53,743 bases of DNA from Thermoplasmata archaeon (GCA_020348445.1 CP070751.1:2860309-2914051), one strand, 5' to 3'; shown: positions 30,230-40,145, counted from the first letter of the stretch. Notes: a model not told the origin generated them from the sequence alone. Translations and numbers: made by a program.

Positions 30230-31012
30230 ATGATGCCTATTGTAGTGATGTATGGTGATAGCTTGGAAGGTGAAGAAGAACAACAAAAATCCACCCTAAA
30301 ACAAAGGCCAAAATGGAAGAGCCCTCAAAGACTTATTCTGCTGGCTGTTGTAATTGTGGTGATAATTGCATTGATTCTCTTTGCGATTTTTATTCTTCCA
30401 ATGCTGGGGCATGATGGATCAATGCTCGTGGAAAGCGATAGTATGCAGCACAGTGACAGTGGCGGACAGGATGGTATTATCGACCATGGTGATACCATAT
30501 TCTATGATAAAATAGACGACAAGAATGACGTTAAAACCTATTTTGAAGGAAAGAGACAGGGCTACAAAAAGTACGGAGAATATGGAGATGTAATTATTTA
30601 TTATAAGAACGGCCACAAGGGTACAACTCCTGTAATCCACAGAGCCATAATTTGGTTGGAGTTCAACGAGACTGCAAATAGCTTTGATGTACCTGAGCTG
30701 CAGTACAACTGGTATGGTAAAAACAGTGAATGGTATGTTGAAGATGATGAAGAAAGATGGTTCAACCTTACAGGCACCATTGTCTTAAATAATGTTGGAT
30801 ATGATCATGAAGATGTGAGAATCGATTTGAGTCGCATTCTTTATTTATTTGATTTTCAGAAAGTAAAGCCGCATAGTGGATTCATAACGTTGGGGGATCA
30901 TAACGGAGGCAATTACGATCAAGGAATATTAAGAGATCCCTTTGGTGCATATGTGGAGCCTGTAAAAATCGAATGGATAGCTGGTAAGGTCACCTATCTA
31001 GCTGATAAGTGA
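30230..31012 (+). CDS. S26-family signal peptidase I-like protein
   Basis: TM helix, SDSMQH (Ser), PVIHRA (His), TLGDHN. Confidence 0.85.
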   Translation: MMPIVVMYGDSLEGEEEQQKSTLKQRPKWKSPQRLILLAVVIVVIIALILFAIFILPMLGHDGSMLVESDSMQHSDSGGQDGIIDHGDTIFYDKIDDKNDVKTYFEGKRQGYKKYGEYGDVIIYYKNGHKGTTPVIHRAIIWLEFNETANSFDVPELQYNWYGKNSEWYVEDDEERWFNLTGTIVLNNVGYDHEDVRIDLSRILYLFDFQKVKPHSGFITLGDHNGGNYDQGILRDPFGAYVEPVKIEWIAGKVTYLADK

Positions 31013-31130
31013 TAAATCCAAATTAGTGCTTTTTGTGAAATTTGCCGCACAACTATGATTTCACAGGGAAAATATAAGTATTCTTAAAGTCATTATGTAA
31101 TTTGACCAATATCTCTGGGGAGGGAGTATA

Positions 31131-32270
31131 ATGAAAACAAGAATCAATAAAATATTAGGCGCCATAGTTATAGTGAGTATGTTTTCGGCCATCTCCTTTT
31201 CCACAATGGTTAGTGGAACAGGTGGAGACAATCCCCTTGCCATATACCTCACTTGGGAGGGAAATGGTGGAGTAGTTGTGGATGTTTATCCAACAATTGC
31301 TCAAGTAAATCCAGGGGGTAATTTTACAATCTCTGGGATTCCCAATGGATCCTCTATAGTCTGTGCATATCTTTACGTTGGCTCATGGGAATATTTTCCG
31401 CATACTGCTTCCGCTACATTTGCTGGGAACAGTTTGGGTAATGTTACTCAATTTGCTAATGATCCTGGTACGGGTGGTCCAATAGGCTCATCCTGGGATT
31501 TGTGTGCATGGAGATGGGATGTTACTTCCTTTGTTTGGGGCAATGGCGTATATCCATTTAGCACATTTAACGTTAGCAGGCATTATGGTTCTGCTCTGGT
31601 TGTAATATATAGCAATCCCCTAGAGCCCCATCGACAGATTTTTATCAACGATGGTGCAGAATCCCTTCATTCATCAACTAGCACCACTGAGTTCTTTGGA
31701 GTCATACAAGGGACAGGTACTTTGATAGTATTTACACAGGCTGATGATTACTCAGGATTAAATGAATCTATTTTATTTAACAACGTAACAATTCTTGGAC
31801 CAGGCAACATATTCAACAGTACCTCCGGGCCATTTGCGAGCCTCATTTATTCTCCTGTCAACACAACTCAGGGAACAAATACTGCCAGCATTACCACGGA
31901 CTTAGACTGGTTTGGTTGGCATCTGGCAATCCTATGTGTACAATCCGATGTACTCGACGCTTCAATAGACATAGATCCAGATACCATAAATCTTAAGTCC
32001 AAAGGCAAGTGGATCACCGCTTACATTACACTTGATAGTCCTTACGATGTCAAAGATATCGATATTGGTACGGTCTTGCTTGAAAACACCATTCCAGCAG
32101 AATGGGGTGATGTCCAGGGTACGACATTAATGGTCAAGTTCGACAGAAAGGAGGTTCAGGATTTCATAGGTGGGCCTAATGAGGATGTTGACCTGACTGT
32201 TAAAGGAGAGCTAAATGATGGTACAGAATTCGAGGGGTCAGATACAATAAGAGTGATAAATCCGCCTTAA
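31131..32270 (+). CDS. Secreted beta-rich protein with C-terminal 'IDIDPDTINLKSKG' domain
   Basis: Signal peptide, beta-rich body, C-terminal ASIDIDPDTINLKSKGKWITAYI...VKFDR...FEGSDTIRVI. Confidence 0.7.
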   Translation: MKTRINKILGAIVIVSMFSAISFSTMVSGTGGDNPLAIYLTWEGNGGVVVDVYPTIAQVNPGGNFTISGIPNGSSIVCAYLYVGSWEYFPHTASATFAGNSLGNVTQFANDPGTGGPIGSSWDLCAWRWDVTSFVWGNGVYPFSTFNVSRHYGSALVVIYSNPLEPHRQIFINDGAESLHSSTSTTEFFGVIQGTGTLIVFTQADDYSGLNESILFNNVTILGPGNIFNSTSGPFASLIYSPVNTTQGTNTASITTDLDWFGWHLAILCVQSDVLDASIDIDPDTINLKSKGKWITAYITLDSPYDVKDIDIGTVLLENTIPAEWGDVQGTTLMVKFDRKEVQDFIGGPNEDVDLTVKGELNDGTEFEGSDTIRVINPP

Positions 32271-32287
32271 ATGGAGAAAAAAATAAT

Positions 32288-32506
32288 ATGCTGACCAATA
32301 AAAAAATAAAATTCTGCCCTGAATGCGGCTCTCCAAATATCCAGTGGGAGCTGCCCCAGACATGGTCCAAATGGAAATGCCTGGAATGCAATTATATTGG
32401 GGCCTTCATAATCGAGGATGGGGAAATCGCGGTTCAAATCAGGAAGGATTACATTAAAAGATATTTGATAGAGCAAAAAGAGTCAGACGCAGAACAACCT
32501 ATATAA
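32288..32506 (+). CDS. Small Zn-ribbon protein
   Basis: CPECGS...CLEC. Confidence 0.75.
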   Translation: MLTNKKIKFCPECGSPNIQWELPQTWSKWKCLECNYIGAFIIEDGEIAVQIRKDYIKRYLIEQKESDAEQPI

Positions 32507-32524
32507 ACAACTTTTCCCATTGCG

Positions 32525-35287
32525 TTGATAATGTTCGAAGAGGAATACAAACTTGAATTCTTCAAGGAAAAAGGTTATATCCGAAAAGTGTGCCCTAGCT
32601 GCCAAACAGGCTATTGGACATTGGAGGATTCTGCTACAGTTTGTGGAGACACACCCTGTGTTGAGTACAGCTTCATCGGGGCCAGCCCCATGAATAGGCC
32701 TTATAGCCTAGATGAGGTTCGGGAATTCTATTTGAAATTCTTTGAAGAAATGGGGCATAAAAGATTCGAGCGCTATCCAGTTATCGCAAGATGGCGGGAC
32801 GATGTGTTTTTAACAAATGCCTCCATTTACGCCTTTCAACCATTTGTCACAGGTGGATTGATTCCGCCTCCCGCAAATCCCCTGACCATGTCCCAGCCCT
32901 GCATCAGGATGAGTGACCTTGACTCGGTGGGGAAAACAGGGAAACACCTCTCCAGTTTCGAGATGATGGCACATCATGCATTTAATTCAGACAAAGAGGA
33001 AGTTTACTGGAAGGACAAGACCACAAGACTCTGTCACGAACTTTTGACAAAGACCTTTGGTGTAGCAGAAAACGGCATTATTTACAAGGAGAAACCATGG
33101 TTTGGAGGGGGAAACGCAGGCCCCTCCCTTGAAGTTCAGGTAAGTGGTCTCGAACTTGCCACCCTTGTATTCATGAATCTGAAAAGGGACGATAGAGGTA
33201 AGACAGAAATTGAAGGGGAGCTTTACTCCCCCAATGAGCTCAGGATCGTTGATACAGGGTACGGTCTTGAGAGATTTGCCTGGGCTTCCATGGCCACACC
33301 CACAATTTACGACGCAATTTACCCTGATTTGACAAAGGAGCTTTTTGAAGCCTCCGGCATCTCCCACGAGCTTGAGAACGAGCGTTATGCCAGCATTATG
33401 GCAGAGCATGCCAAGCTGGCAGGAATAATGGATGTGAGAACAGATACTAAACTGCAGGACCTCCGCATGGAATGCGTAAAGCGGTTGGGTAAAAAAGGAT
33501 TTGAAATCACGATCAAGGAATTAAACGAGATGATGGCTCCAATTGAAAAGGTCTACGCAATAGTGGACCACACCCACACCCTTGCTTTCATGCACACCGA
33601 TGGTATAGTTCCATCCAATACAAAAGCAGGATACCTAGCAAGACTTGTCATTCGAAGAACATTACGTTTTATGGAGGCCCTGAACCTCGAATATTCACTG
33701 AGCGAGCTGGTATTAAGGCAGATTAAGACCTTTGATAACATTCTAAACCAAGAATTAAACGATGTAATAGTTGAAATGCTGGATTTGGAGACCAAAAGAT
33801 ATCATGAAACCATGGGCAAGGGAACCCGACTTGTAAAAACCTTCCTGGAAAAAACCGTGAGGAAGGAAGAGATCCCCCTTGATACCCTTATCGACTTTTA
33901 CGATACCCATGGAATCCATCCGCGGGTTGTTCAGACCATAGCAAGGGACATGGATCTGAATGTTGAAATTCCTGATGCCTTCAATTCCATTATCGCCACA
34001 CGTCATCAATCACCAGAGGCTGAGAAGGATAAGAAAAAGAAGATATACGACCTACCTCCCACTAAGCTCCTTTATTACGAACCCACGGACTTGAAGGAAT
34101 GCGATGCTGTGGTCCTTCACTCAGATGAGGGCAAGGTCATTTTAGACGGAACCGTGTTCTATCCTGAAGGTGGAGGGCAGCCCTGCGATTTCGGAGTGAT
34201 TTCTACTCCCAGTAAAATCGTTAATGTAACAGATGTTCAAAGATACGGGGATGTGATCGTCCACACTGTGGATAGCAACATACCCAAAGGTGAAATGGTC
34301 CACTGCAGTGTTGATTGGGACAGGCGAATGGCACTAACAAGGCATCAATCAGGAACCCATGTCATACTGGGCTCTGCAAGAAATGTTCTTGGAGGCCATG
34401 TTTGGCAGTCCGGTGCCCAAAAGGGTCTGGATCAATCTAGAGTGGATATCTCTCATTTCAGAAAGATCGAAGAGGAGGAGATCGAGAAAATTGAGCTTGT
34501 GGCCAATGAAACCTTGCTTAAAAACATACCTGTAGAGAAGATTTGGATGGATCGTGGAGAGGCAGAGAAACAGTACGGGTTCAGATTGTACCAGGGAGGA
34601 GTCCCTATTGGCAAGAAGATACGGGTGGTTCGAATCGGGGATTTTGATGTGGAAGCCTGCGCAGGGACACATGTTAGACAGACCAATGAACTGGGATTGA
34701 TTAAAATTCTGAAAACCGAGCGCATTCAGGACGGTGTGGAAAGGATCATCTTCTCTGCTGGGATGGCCTCTGTAAAACACGTTCAAAAACATCATTCCTT
34801 GCTTCGGGAATCAGCAGGCGTTCTTAGGGTCTTTCCAGAGCAACTTCCAAAGACAGTCAACAGGTTCTTTGAGGAGTGGAAATCCCAGAAGAAACAGATT
34901 GAAAAGCTGCGAAAACATGGTGCCCAATCCCCAGTTCAGGCTTTAAAAGAAGGTGCTGAACTTGCAGGTGATGTAAAACTTCTGTCCCATATTCAAGAAG
35001 ATGCAGATAAAAATACGTTTGAGGAACTTATCGCCATTGGTAGGAAAGTGTACGACATGGAAAAAACAGTGGCGATTTTAGGATGCGACTTCGAGGGAGG
35101 TAAAATCATAATTGCAAGGAGCAAGGATCTTGATTTGGATTGCGCAGCCTTGGCATCTGAGGCAGGAAAATTAATAGGAGGTGGAGGAGGAGGAAAGCCT
35201 GAGTTCGCCCAGGCTGGCGGGAAATCAAAAAAGGATATACAAAAGGCTGTAAATGAATTAAAAAAGAAGATAAAGGACCTTTTATAA
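32525..35287 (+). CDS. alaS: Alanine--tRNA ligase (archaeal type)
   Basis: N-terminal CPSC..CGDTPC, YPVIARWRDD, VDTGYGLER, editing domain EACAGTH, C-terminal GGGGGK..FAQAGG. Confidence 0.97.
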   Translation: MIMFEEEYKLEFFKEKGYIRKVCPSCQTGYWTLEDSATVCGDTPCVEYSFIGASPMNRPYSLDEVREFYLKFFEEMGHKRFERYPVIARWRDDVFLTNASIYAFQPFVTGGLIPPPANPLTMSQPCIRMSDLDSVGKTGKHLSSFEMMAHHAFNSDKEEVYWKDKTTRLCHELLTKTFGVAENGIIYKEKPWFGGGNAGPSLEVQVSGLELATLVFMNLKRDDRGKTEIEGELYSPNELRIVDTGYGLERFAWASMATPTIYDAIYPDLTKELFEASGISHELENERYASIMAEHAKLAGIMDVRTDTKLQDLRMECVKRLGKKGFEITIKELNEMMAPIEKVYAIVDHTHTLAFMHTDGIVPSNTKAGYLARLVIRRTLRFMEALNLEYSLSELVLRQIKTFDNILNQELNDVIVEMLDLETKRYHETMGKGTRLVKTFLEKTVRKEEIPLDTLIDFYDTHGIHPRVVQTIARDMDLNVEIPDAFNSIIATRHQSPEAEKDKKKKIYDLPPTKLLYYEPTDLKECDAVVLHSDEGKVILDGTVFYPEGGGQPCDFGVISTPSKIVNVTDVQRYGDVIVHTVDSNIPKGEMVHCSVDWDRRMALTRHQSGTHVILGSARNVLGGHVWQSGAQKGLDQSRVDISHFRKIEEEEIEKIELVANETLLKNIPVEKIWMDRGEAEKQYGFRLYQGGVPIGKKIRVVRIGDFDVEACAGTHVRQTNELGLIKILKTERIQDGVERIIFSAGMASVKHVQKHHSLLRESAGVLRVFPEQLPKTVNRFFEEWKSQKKQIEKLRKHGAQSPVQALKEGAELAGDVKLLSHIQEDADKNTFEELIAIGRKVYDMEKTVAILGCDFEGGKIIIARSKDLDLDCAALASEAGKLIGGGGGGKPEFAQAGGKSKKDIQKAVNELKKKIKDLL

Positions 35288-35363
35288 TGGATTTACAGAA
35301 ACATCGCAATAAATATTCTATTCAAAACCCTTATTAACCATTCCCTATATTTATCTAAACACG

Positions 35364-37016
35364 ATGAAAGATCCTGACAGTCCAACTCCATTTCCGCCTT
35401 ATCAAGATACTCCAGCTCCATCACCTTCTAGGCAAACTTACGATGAGCCTCCGGTTTATCCTGCCGAGCATGAGAAGAGGATGCAGAAGGAGATTGAGGA
35501 TCTGCGGAGGAAGATAGGCAGATTCTTTACTGTCTACGAGATTCGCGTGGGCCTGGATGCAGTGGCTTTTCATTGCAGGGTGAATGAAGAGACACTTGAG
35601 GAGAACTTCGAACTACTTAGAAATCTGCTCAAGCCAGATTACATACCAGTTTTGACATACGAGGGTGGAGAGCATATTCTTTTTGTCACCAAGAAGCCCC
35701 AGGTCAAGTACAAGGGAACAAGGGTCAATCTGATTCTGCTCATATTAACTATTATAACCACAACAATCGCAGGTTCAAGTCTATGGCTTTCCTATGATAC
35801 AGTTCGCGCCGGCCAATCCGTCTCCGATATAGACGTTTTGGCGGGTATATTCAGTCCCTCTAATTTGGTATTTGGAATGCTGTTCTTCGCTTTTCCTCTT
35901 TTGTTGATTTTGGGTGCACATGAAACTTCTCATTATATAATGGCAAAAAGACACGGTGTCGCTGCATCGCTTCCTTTCTTTATCCCAATGATCCCACCAC
36001 TTGGAACCCTGGGTGCCGTAATCAGCATGCGGGAGCCCATTCCCAACAAGAAGGCGTTAATAGACATAGGTGCAGCTGGTCCCATAGGGGGCCTTATCGT
36101 GGCAATTCCCGTGGCAATAGTAGGATTGATTCTCACCGATGTTTACAATGTATCTGCACAGACACCTGAGCCAGGTGGCTTGATACTTTACAATCCACTG
36201 CTTCTTATCGGGATAAACAGTCTCGTGCCAACTAAGGCGGATCTTTTGGCGCATCCAACTTTTTTTGCTGGATGGGTGGGTATACTGGTTACTGCCCTTA
36301 ATCTTCTTCCTGCAGGACAACTGGATGGAGGCCATATTGTCCGTGCTCTGTTTGGAAAGAGAGCCAGGGCAATAGGCCTTGCAACCATCATAATAATGCT
36401 GTTTTTGGGATTTATATTCCAATATTTTGGTTATGTGTTCCTCATTGTAATCATCATGGTTCTTGGGGGTGGATTGAGTCATCCACCTCCATTAAATGAT
36501 ATAACAGGTTTGGACAGAAGGAGGGTAATGGTAGGTGTGGTGGCACTTATCATATTTGTGGTGAGCTTCCATCCCGCACCTTTTCAAACTGCTGAGCTTC
36601 CAAAATATGGTTTTGAGCTGGACTCTGAGTTAAATGAAACAGCGGTGGCTCCAGGTGGTTATATAGAATTCAATACAACAGTAAGTAATATAGGTACAGT
36701 TAAAAACGATGTATTTATGAATATTACTATGAATCAGTCAAAGGTGGATGAAGGGTGGAATGCTTCATTGATCTGGACCAATGAAGAGACATATATTTAC
36801 AATATAACAGATTCAGATCCTCTTGGTTTTACTGTTGATGATAAAGAAGAAACCAATGTCACGGTTAGGATTTCTGCTCCATCTTCGGCCGCTATAAATG
36901 AGAATGTAACGTTGAAGTTGAATCTGAGGTGGACATCCTGGGTTAGAAATGATTTAGGAGATATAATAAAGAGGGAGCAAAGCACCTACAAGGAGATCAA
37001 GGTCAGTGTTGAGTAG
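35364..37016 (+). CDS. Site-2 protease (M50) with C-terminal Ig-like domain
   Basis: HETSH, IGAAGPIGG, NLLPAGQLDGGH, multiple TMs. Confidence 0.92.
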   Translation: MKDPDSPTPFPPYQDTPAPSPSRQTYDEPPVYPAEHEKRMQKEIEDLRRKIGRFFTVYEIRVGLDAVAFHCRVNEETLEENFELLRNLLKPDYIPVLTYEGGEHILFVTKKPQVKYKGTRVNLILLILTIITTTIAGSSLWLSYDTVRAGQSVSDIDVLAGIFSPSNLVFGMLFFAFPLLLILGAHETSHYIMAKRHGVAASLPFFIPMIPPLGTLGAVISMREPIPNKKALIDIGAAGPIGGLIVAIPVAIVGLILTDVYNVSAQTPEPGGLILYNPLLLIGINSLVPTKADLLAHPTFFAGWVGILVTALNLLPAGQLDGGHIVRALFGKRARAIGLATIIIMLFLGFIFQYFGYVFLIVIIMVLGGGLSHPPPLNDITGLDRRRVMVGVVALIIFVVSFHPAPFQTAELPKYGFELDSELNETAVAPGGYIEFNTTVSNIGTVKNDVFMNITMNQSKVDEGWNASLIWTNEETYIYNITDSDPLGFTVDDKEETNVTVRISAPSSAAINENVTLKLNLRWTSWVRNDLGDIIKREQSTYKEIKVSVE

Positions 37017-37165
37017 ATAAAAACAATAATCTTTCTCATATTATGCCTTGAATTCAGTTTCCCTACATAGTATTAGTCACATGATAGATATTTTTTAATA
37101 CTTTTAGTTCAATATATTGTCCCAATTGATGTCGAGGAAGATGGTTTAGAATCTGGTGATGGAAA

Positions 37166-37465
37166 GTGAGTGAGCATAAAACAGTTCAAATTAAACATGC
37201 ATTAGCACTTTTCTTAGTTCTTCTTATAATTGGTCTTTCATTATTACTTGGATTCAATCATGACCCAGATACAGGAGCAGTCACTATCAATCCCACGTTT
37301 ATTATATATGGGATTCTTGGTGCAATTTTAATATATATAGCTTTGACTTTTAAGGGATTCAGGGTAAATTTTCCAGTAAGAATGAGGTTCTGTGTTAGTT
37401 GTGGGAGGAACATCCCTTTTGATGCTGTTATCTGTCCATATTGCAGGCATGATTATGAAAAATAA
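37166..37465 (+). CDS. Small membrane protein with double Zn-ribbon
   Basis: Two TMs then CVSCGRNIPFDAVICPYC. Confidence 0.75.
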   Translation: MSEHKTVQIKHALALFLVLLIIGLSLLLGFNHDPDTGAVTINPTFIIYGILGAILIYIALTFKGFRVNFPVRMRFCVSCGRNIPFDAVICPYCRHDYEK

Positions 37466-37612
37466 TGTCTTCGAAAATCCCTTTTGATATGATATTGAAG
37501 AGGAGTGCATTTAAGAATATCGAAACCAAGATGAGGTAAATAAATCTCCTACTTATTTTCAATACCCAATCAAAAAGTCAATTATAACCCCGTTTCTACC
37601 ATTTAAATACAT

Positions 37613-37666
37613 GGTTCTGTTCCAGACTCGGTTGGTGAGGGGGGCTGTTCCATAGCGGTTGGTGAA
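37613..37666 (+). repeat. Left end: TIR plus second CTGTTCCA-N4/5-GGTTG copy
   Basis: CTGTTCCA-GACTC-GGTTGGTGA (37617-37638) and CTGTTCCA-TAGC-GGTTGGTGA (37646-37666). Confidence 0.85.
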
Positions 37667-37683
37667 AGGGCTTTTAAGGATTT

Positions 37684-38502
37684 TTATAATTTTGTAAATT
37701 GAGAAGAGTAATATTGAATTGTTGAAAAAGATAAAAATAGTATGTACCCTGCATCCTCTCTTGTAATATCATATCCTTCATGTGCCCCAGTATGTAGTAA
37801 ATTATAGATTTTATGTTGCAATTCATCAATTCTTTCACTCTTTTTTGGTTTTTCTTTTTGACCAGGAGAATTGTAATCTATTTTTTCTATTATTTCAGGT
37901 TTCAATGCAATAGCTTCACGTAAACTTTCAAAAGCCTCTCTACATTTTACTACGGTAGGTTTATTATTACCTTCATTAAATAGTTGTTGAGCCTCCCTTA
38001 ATCTTGATATTGCTGATGAAAGAGATGGTATTTCATGGACTTTAGGTCTTAATATCTCAAATATAGCATAATCGAAATAACCCAATTCGGATGCTATATT
38101 CAACCATTCTCTTTCTGATAATTTAAAAGCTTGGTGAACATAGGCGGTACTATTGCTAATATTCCCTATATTAAACTCATTTGTATGAACAAAATGTAAT
38201 GTTTGAATCTCTACATTGACAGGGACATCTCCCCCCATTCTCACCTTCTCAATTTCTCTAAATAAATATGGATTTATAAAAAACTCTTCATGATATTCAA
38301 TTGATGCTCCCTGTTCTAATTCACGTGTATCCAATCGAATTCTGTCACCTATCATAATATTACATAGTCTGACTTTTGTTGTATAACCCATCATTTTTAG
38401 GTTATTTCTTTTATCTTGTGTAATTTGTAAATGTACTCCAATAACAGGACCAGGGGATGGGCTTCTTTTTTCTACTAAAACATTTTTAATTAAACCTTGC
38501 AT
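37684..38502 (-). CDS. Transposon cargo: hypothetical protein with possible HEPN/Abi-like C-terminal helical domain
   Basis: C-terminal AISRLREAQQLF...KCREAFE...LLHTGAHEGYDITREDA resembles HEPN-like bundles; no clean Rx4-6H. Confidence 0.5.
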   Translation of the reverse strand: MQGLIKNVLVEKRSPSPGPVIGVHLQITQDKRNNLKMMGYTTKVRLCNIMIGDRIRLDTRELEQGASIEYHEEFFINPYLFREIEKVRMGGDVPVNVEIQTLHFVHTNEFNIGNISNSTAYVHQAFKLSEREWLNIASELGYFDYAIFEILRPKVHEIPSLSSAISRLREAQQLFNEGNNKPTVVKCREAFESLREAIALKPEIIEKIDYNSPGQKEKPKKSERIDELQHKIYNLLHTGAHEGYDITREDAGYILFLSFSTIQYYSSQFTKL

Positions 38503-38595
38503 CTAAATTCCTCCATATAGTAAACCTCTAAAGAATATTTAATCCTTTTCTTCTTGAACTTAAAACAGTAAAAGAGATTATTGATGAGATATGAA

Positions 38596-39522
38596 TTATT
38601 TTTTCTTCTTTCTCTTTTTCCTAATCTTATCACATTTGGTGCAAAAATGTCTCTCTATTTGAGGAACCCATATTAAAATATTTTTGCATTGAGGGCATTT
38701 ACTTATATGTTCCCCCAATGGTGTTATTTCTATATCTTGAAGTTTCAATCCGAAATATCCTGGAATAATACCATATCCTTGTATCATTTCTCCTTTTCCT
38801 TCTTCTAGCATGTTTATATCAAAAAAACTAAGAATGGTTTCAGACCTATGTTCTAACGATACTAAATTTTTATGAGCTAAGTAAGCACCATTGATTATAT
38901 CCCCAACGATAATGCTATTTAAGAATGATGAAAAAATGAGTGATCTAACGGCCTCCATGTCCTCCTCTTTAATACCTCTTTTCCTTTCTAAAAATGAATC
39001 GACAACAGAAATATTTCCAAATAATACCCAACGGAGAGTGCTAGGAAACCCATTAAAAATTAATGGTAATCCATTTTTTTCAGTTTCGGATAACTTAATT
39101 TTAATATGATTTTTAATAATCCAGTCTATGATTTTCTCATAATTTAACATTCTGAAGGTAAAACCAGACTTTATAAATTTCAATCTGATTTTTTTGTCAT
39201 CATTGTTTAAATGCGGTCTTGCAATTTCAATAAACCATTCTGGTTTCATATCATAATTCAAGGTATAACAATCACGTGGTTTAGAACCGCCTTTTTCTCT
39301 TTTTTTTATTAATTCTGCGGGGCAATCATGTCTAATTAAAATCTTTTTATTTTCTAATTCGTCTACATATTTTTGAATCCCACTAATATCTTTACCTATT
39401 TTTCCATTCTTTCGTCTAATATTCTTACTAATGTTTGAAATCCAATCCATTTTATTATTATTTTCTATAAAATAATCTATTATATCCCTTTCTCCACTTC
39501 CTATTTTAAACTCTGTAGACAT
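38596..39522 (-). CDS. Transposon cargo: putative wHTH regulator with C-terminal Zn ribbon
   Basis: N-terminal helix-turn-helix-wing pattern (SGIQKYVDELENKKILIR); C-terminal CPQC..LIWVPQIERHFCTKC and basic tail. Confidence 0.55.
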   Translation of the reverse strand: MSTEFKIGSGERDIIDYFIENNNKMDWISNISKNIRRKNGKIGKDISGIQKYVDELENKKILIRHDCPAELIKKREKGGSKPRDCYTLNYDMKPEWFIEIARPHLNNDDKKIRLKFIKSGFTFRMLNYEKIIDWIIKNHIKIKLSETEKNGLPLIFNGFPSTLRWVLFGNISVVDSFLERKRGIKEEDMEAVRSLIFSSFLNSIIVGDIINGAYLAHKNLVSLEHRSETILSFFDINMLEEGKGEMIQGYGIIPGYFGLKLQDIEITPLGEHISKCPQCKNILIWVPQIERHFCTKCDKIRKKRKKKK

Positions 39523-39561
39523 TATTTGCTGTATAAAACAGCTTATTTAAAACTGTATCGG

Positions 39562-39666
39562 TTACTTGAATTTTGCATACTTGAAATTCAATTAATTGAA
39601 AATCCATTAACTGAAATTCCACTAATAGAATATCAACTTATTGAAACTCAGATATTTGAATGTCCA
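39562..39666 (+). repeat. Seven-copy 15-bp tandem array with invariant GAA
   Basis: (T/C)(T/A)GAA cores start at 39566, 39581, 39596, 39611, 39626, 39641 and 39656. Confidence 0.8.
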
Positions 39667-39718
39667 GCATGTCATTTTTATTGATGATATAAACGCAATC
39701 ACAACCATATACCTTAGT

Positions 39719-39804
39719 GAGGTCGTAACAAAGCGGTCAACCGTGGTGGATTGAAAATCCATTTCCGCAGGGATTCATGGGTTCGAATCCCGTCGACCTC
39801 ACCA
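39719..39804 (+). tRNA. Atypical class II (long variable arm) tRNA, anticodon GAA, CCA encoded
   Basis: Acceptor GAGGTCG/CGACCTC-A-CCA, anticodon arm GTGGA-TTGAAAA-TCCAT, 14-nt variable region with TCC-GCAG-GGA stem, T arm ATGGG-TTCGAAT-CCCGT; D stem weak. Confidence 0.8.
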
Positions 39805-39959
39805 AGGGTCGATTTAATGTCTACAGATAATACTAGATATGTTCAAACAACTATTTTACGTTTATCCCATATCCAATTTAAAAATACACCCATTATAAAT
39901 AAATTTGATAGATTGAAAGCTGATTATTATGATCGCCATATTGAACAATTAACCCTCGA

Positions 39960-40145
39960 TTATTTCTTAGCTTTAGAAGGCTCTACAACCAGCTTTAAAG
40001 ACCCCCCAACAGCCTCCAATTTCCAATATAAAGAATCTCCCGCTTTTAGTCCAAATTGCTCTACAATCCATCGTGGAATGGTGCTACGCAATGATGGGCT
40101 TTTGGATGAAGCTAAAGCCAATACAGTTTTCGTTCCTTCAGGCAT
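39960..40145 (-). CDS. AbrB/MazE/SpoVT-like DNA-binding protein
   Basis: SLRSTIPRWIVEQFGLKAGDSLYW swapped-hairpin signature; divergent from the transposase. Confidence 0.8.
   Translation of the reverse strand: MPEGTKTVLALASSKSPSLRSTIPRWIVEQFGLKAGDSLYWKLEAVGGSLKLVVEPSKAKK

Noticed and set aside
39562-39666. 15-bp array as a CRISPR array or DGR template
   Set aside because: No spacers, units too short and degenerate, and no cas or reverse transcriptase genes in the window.
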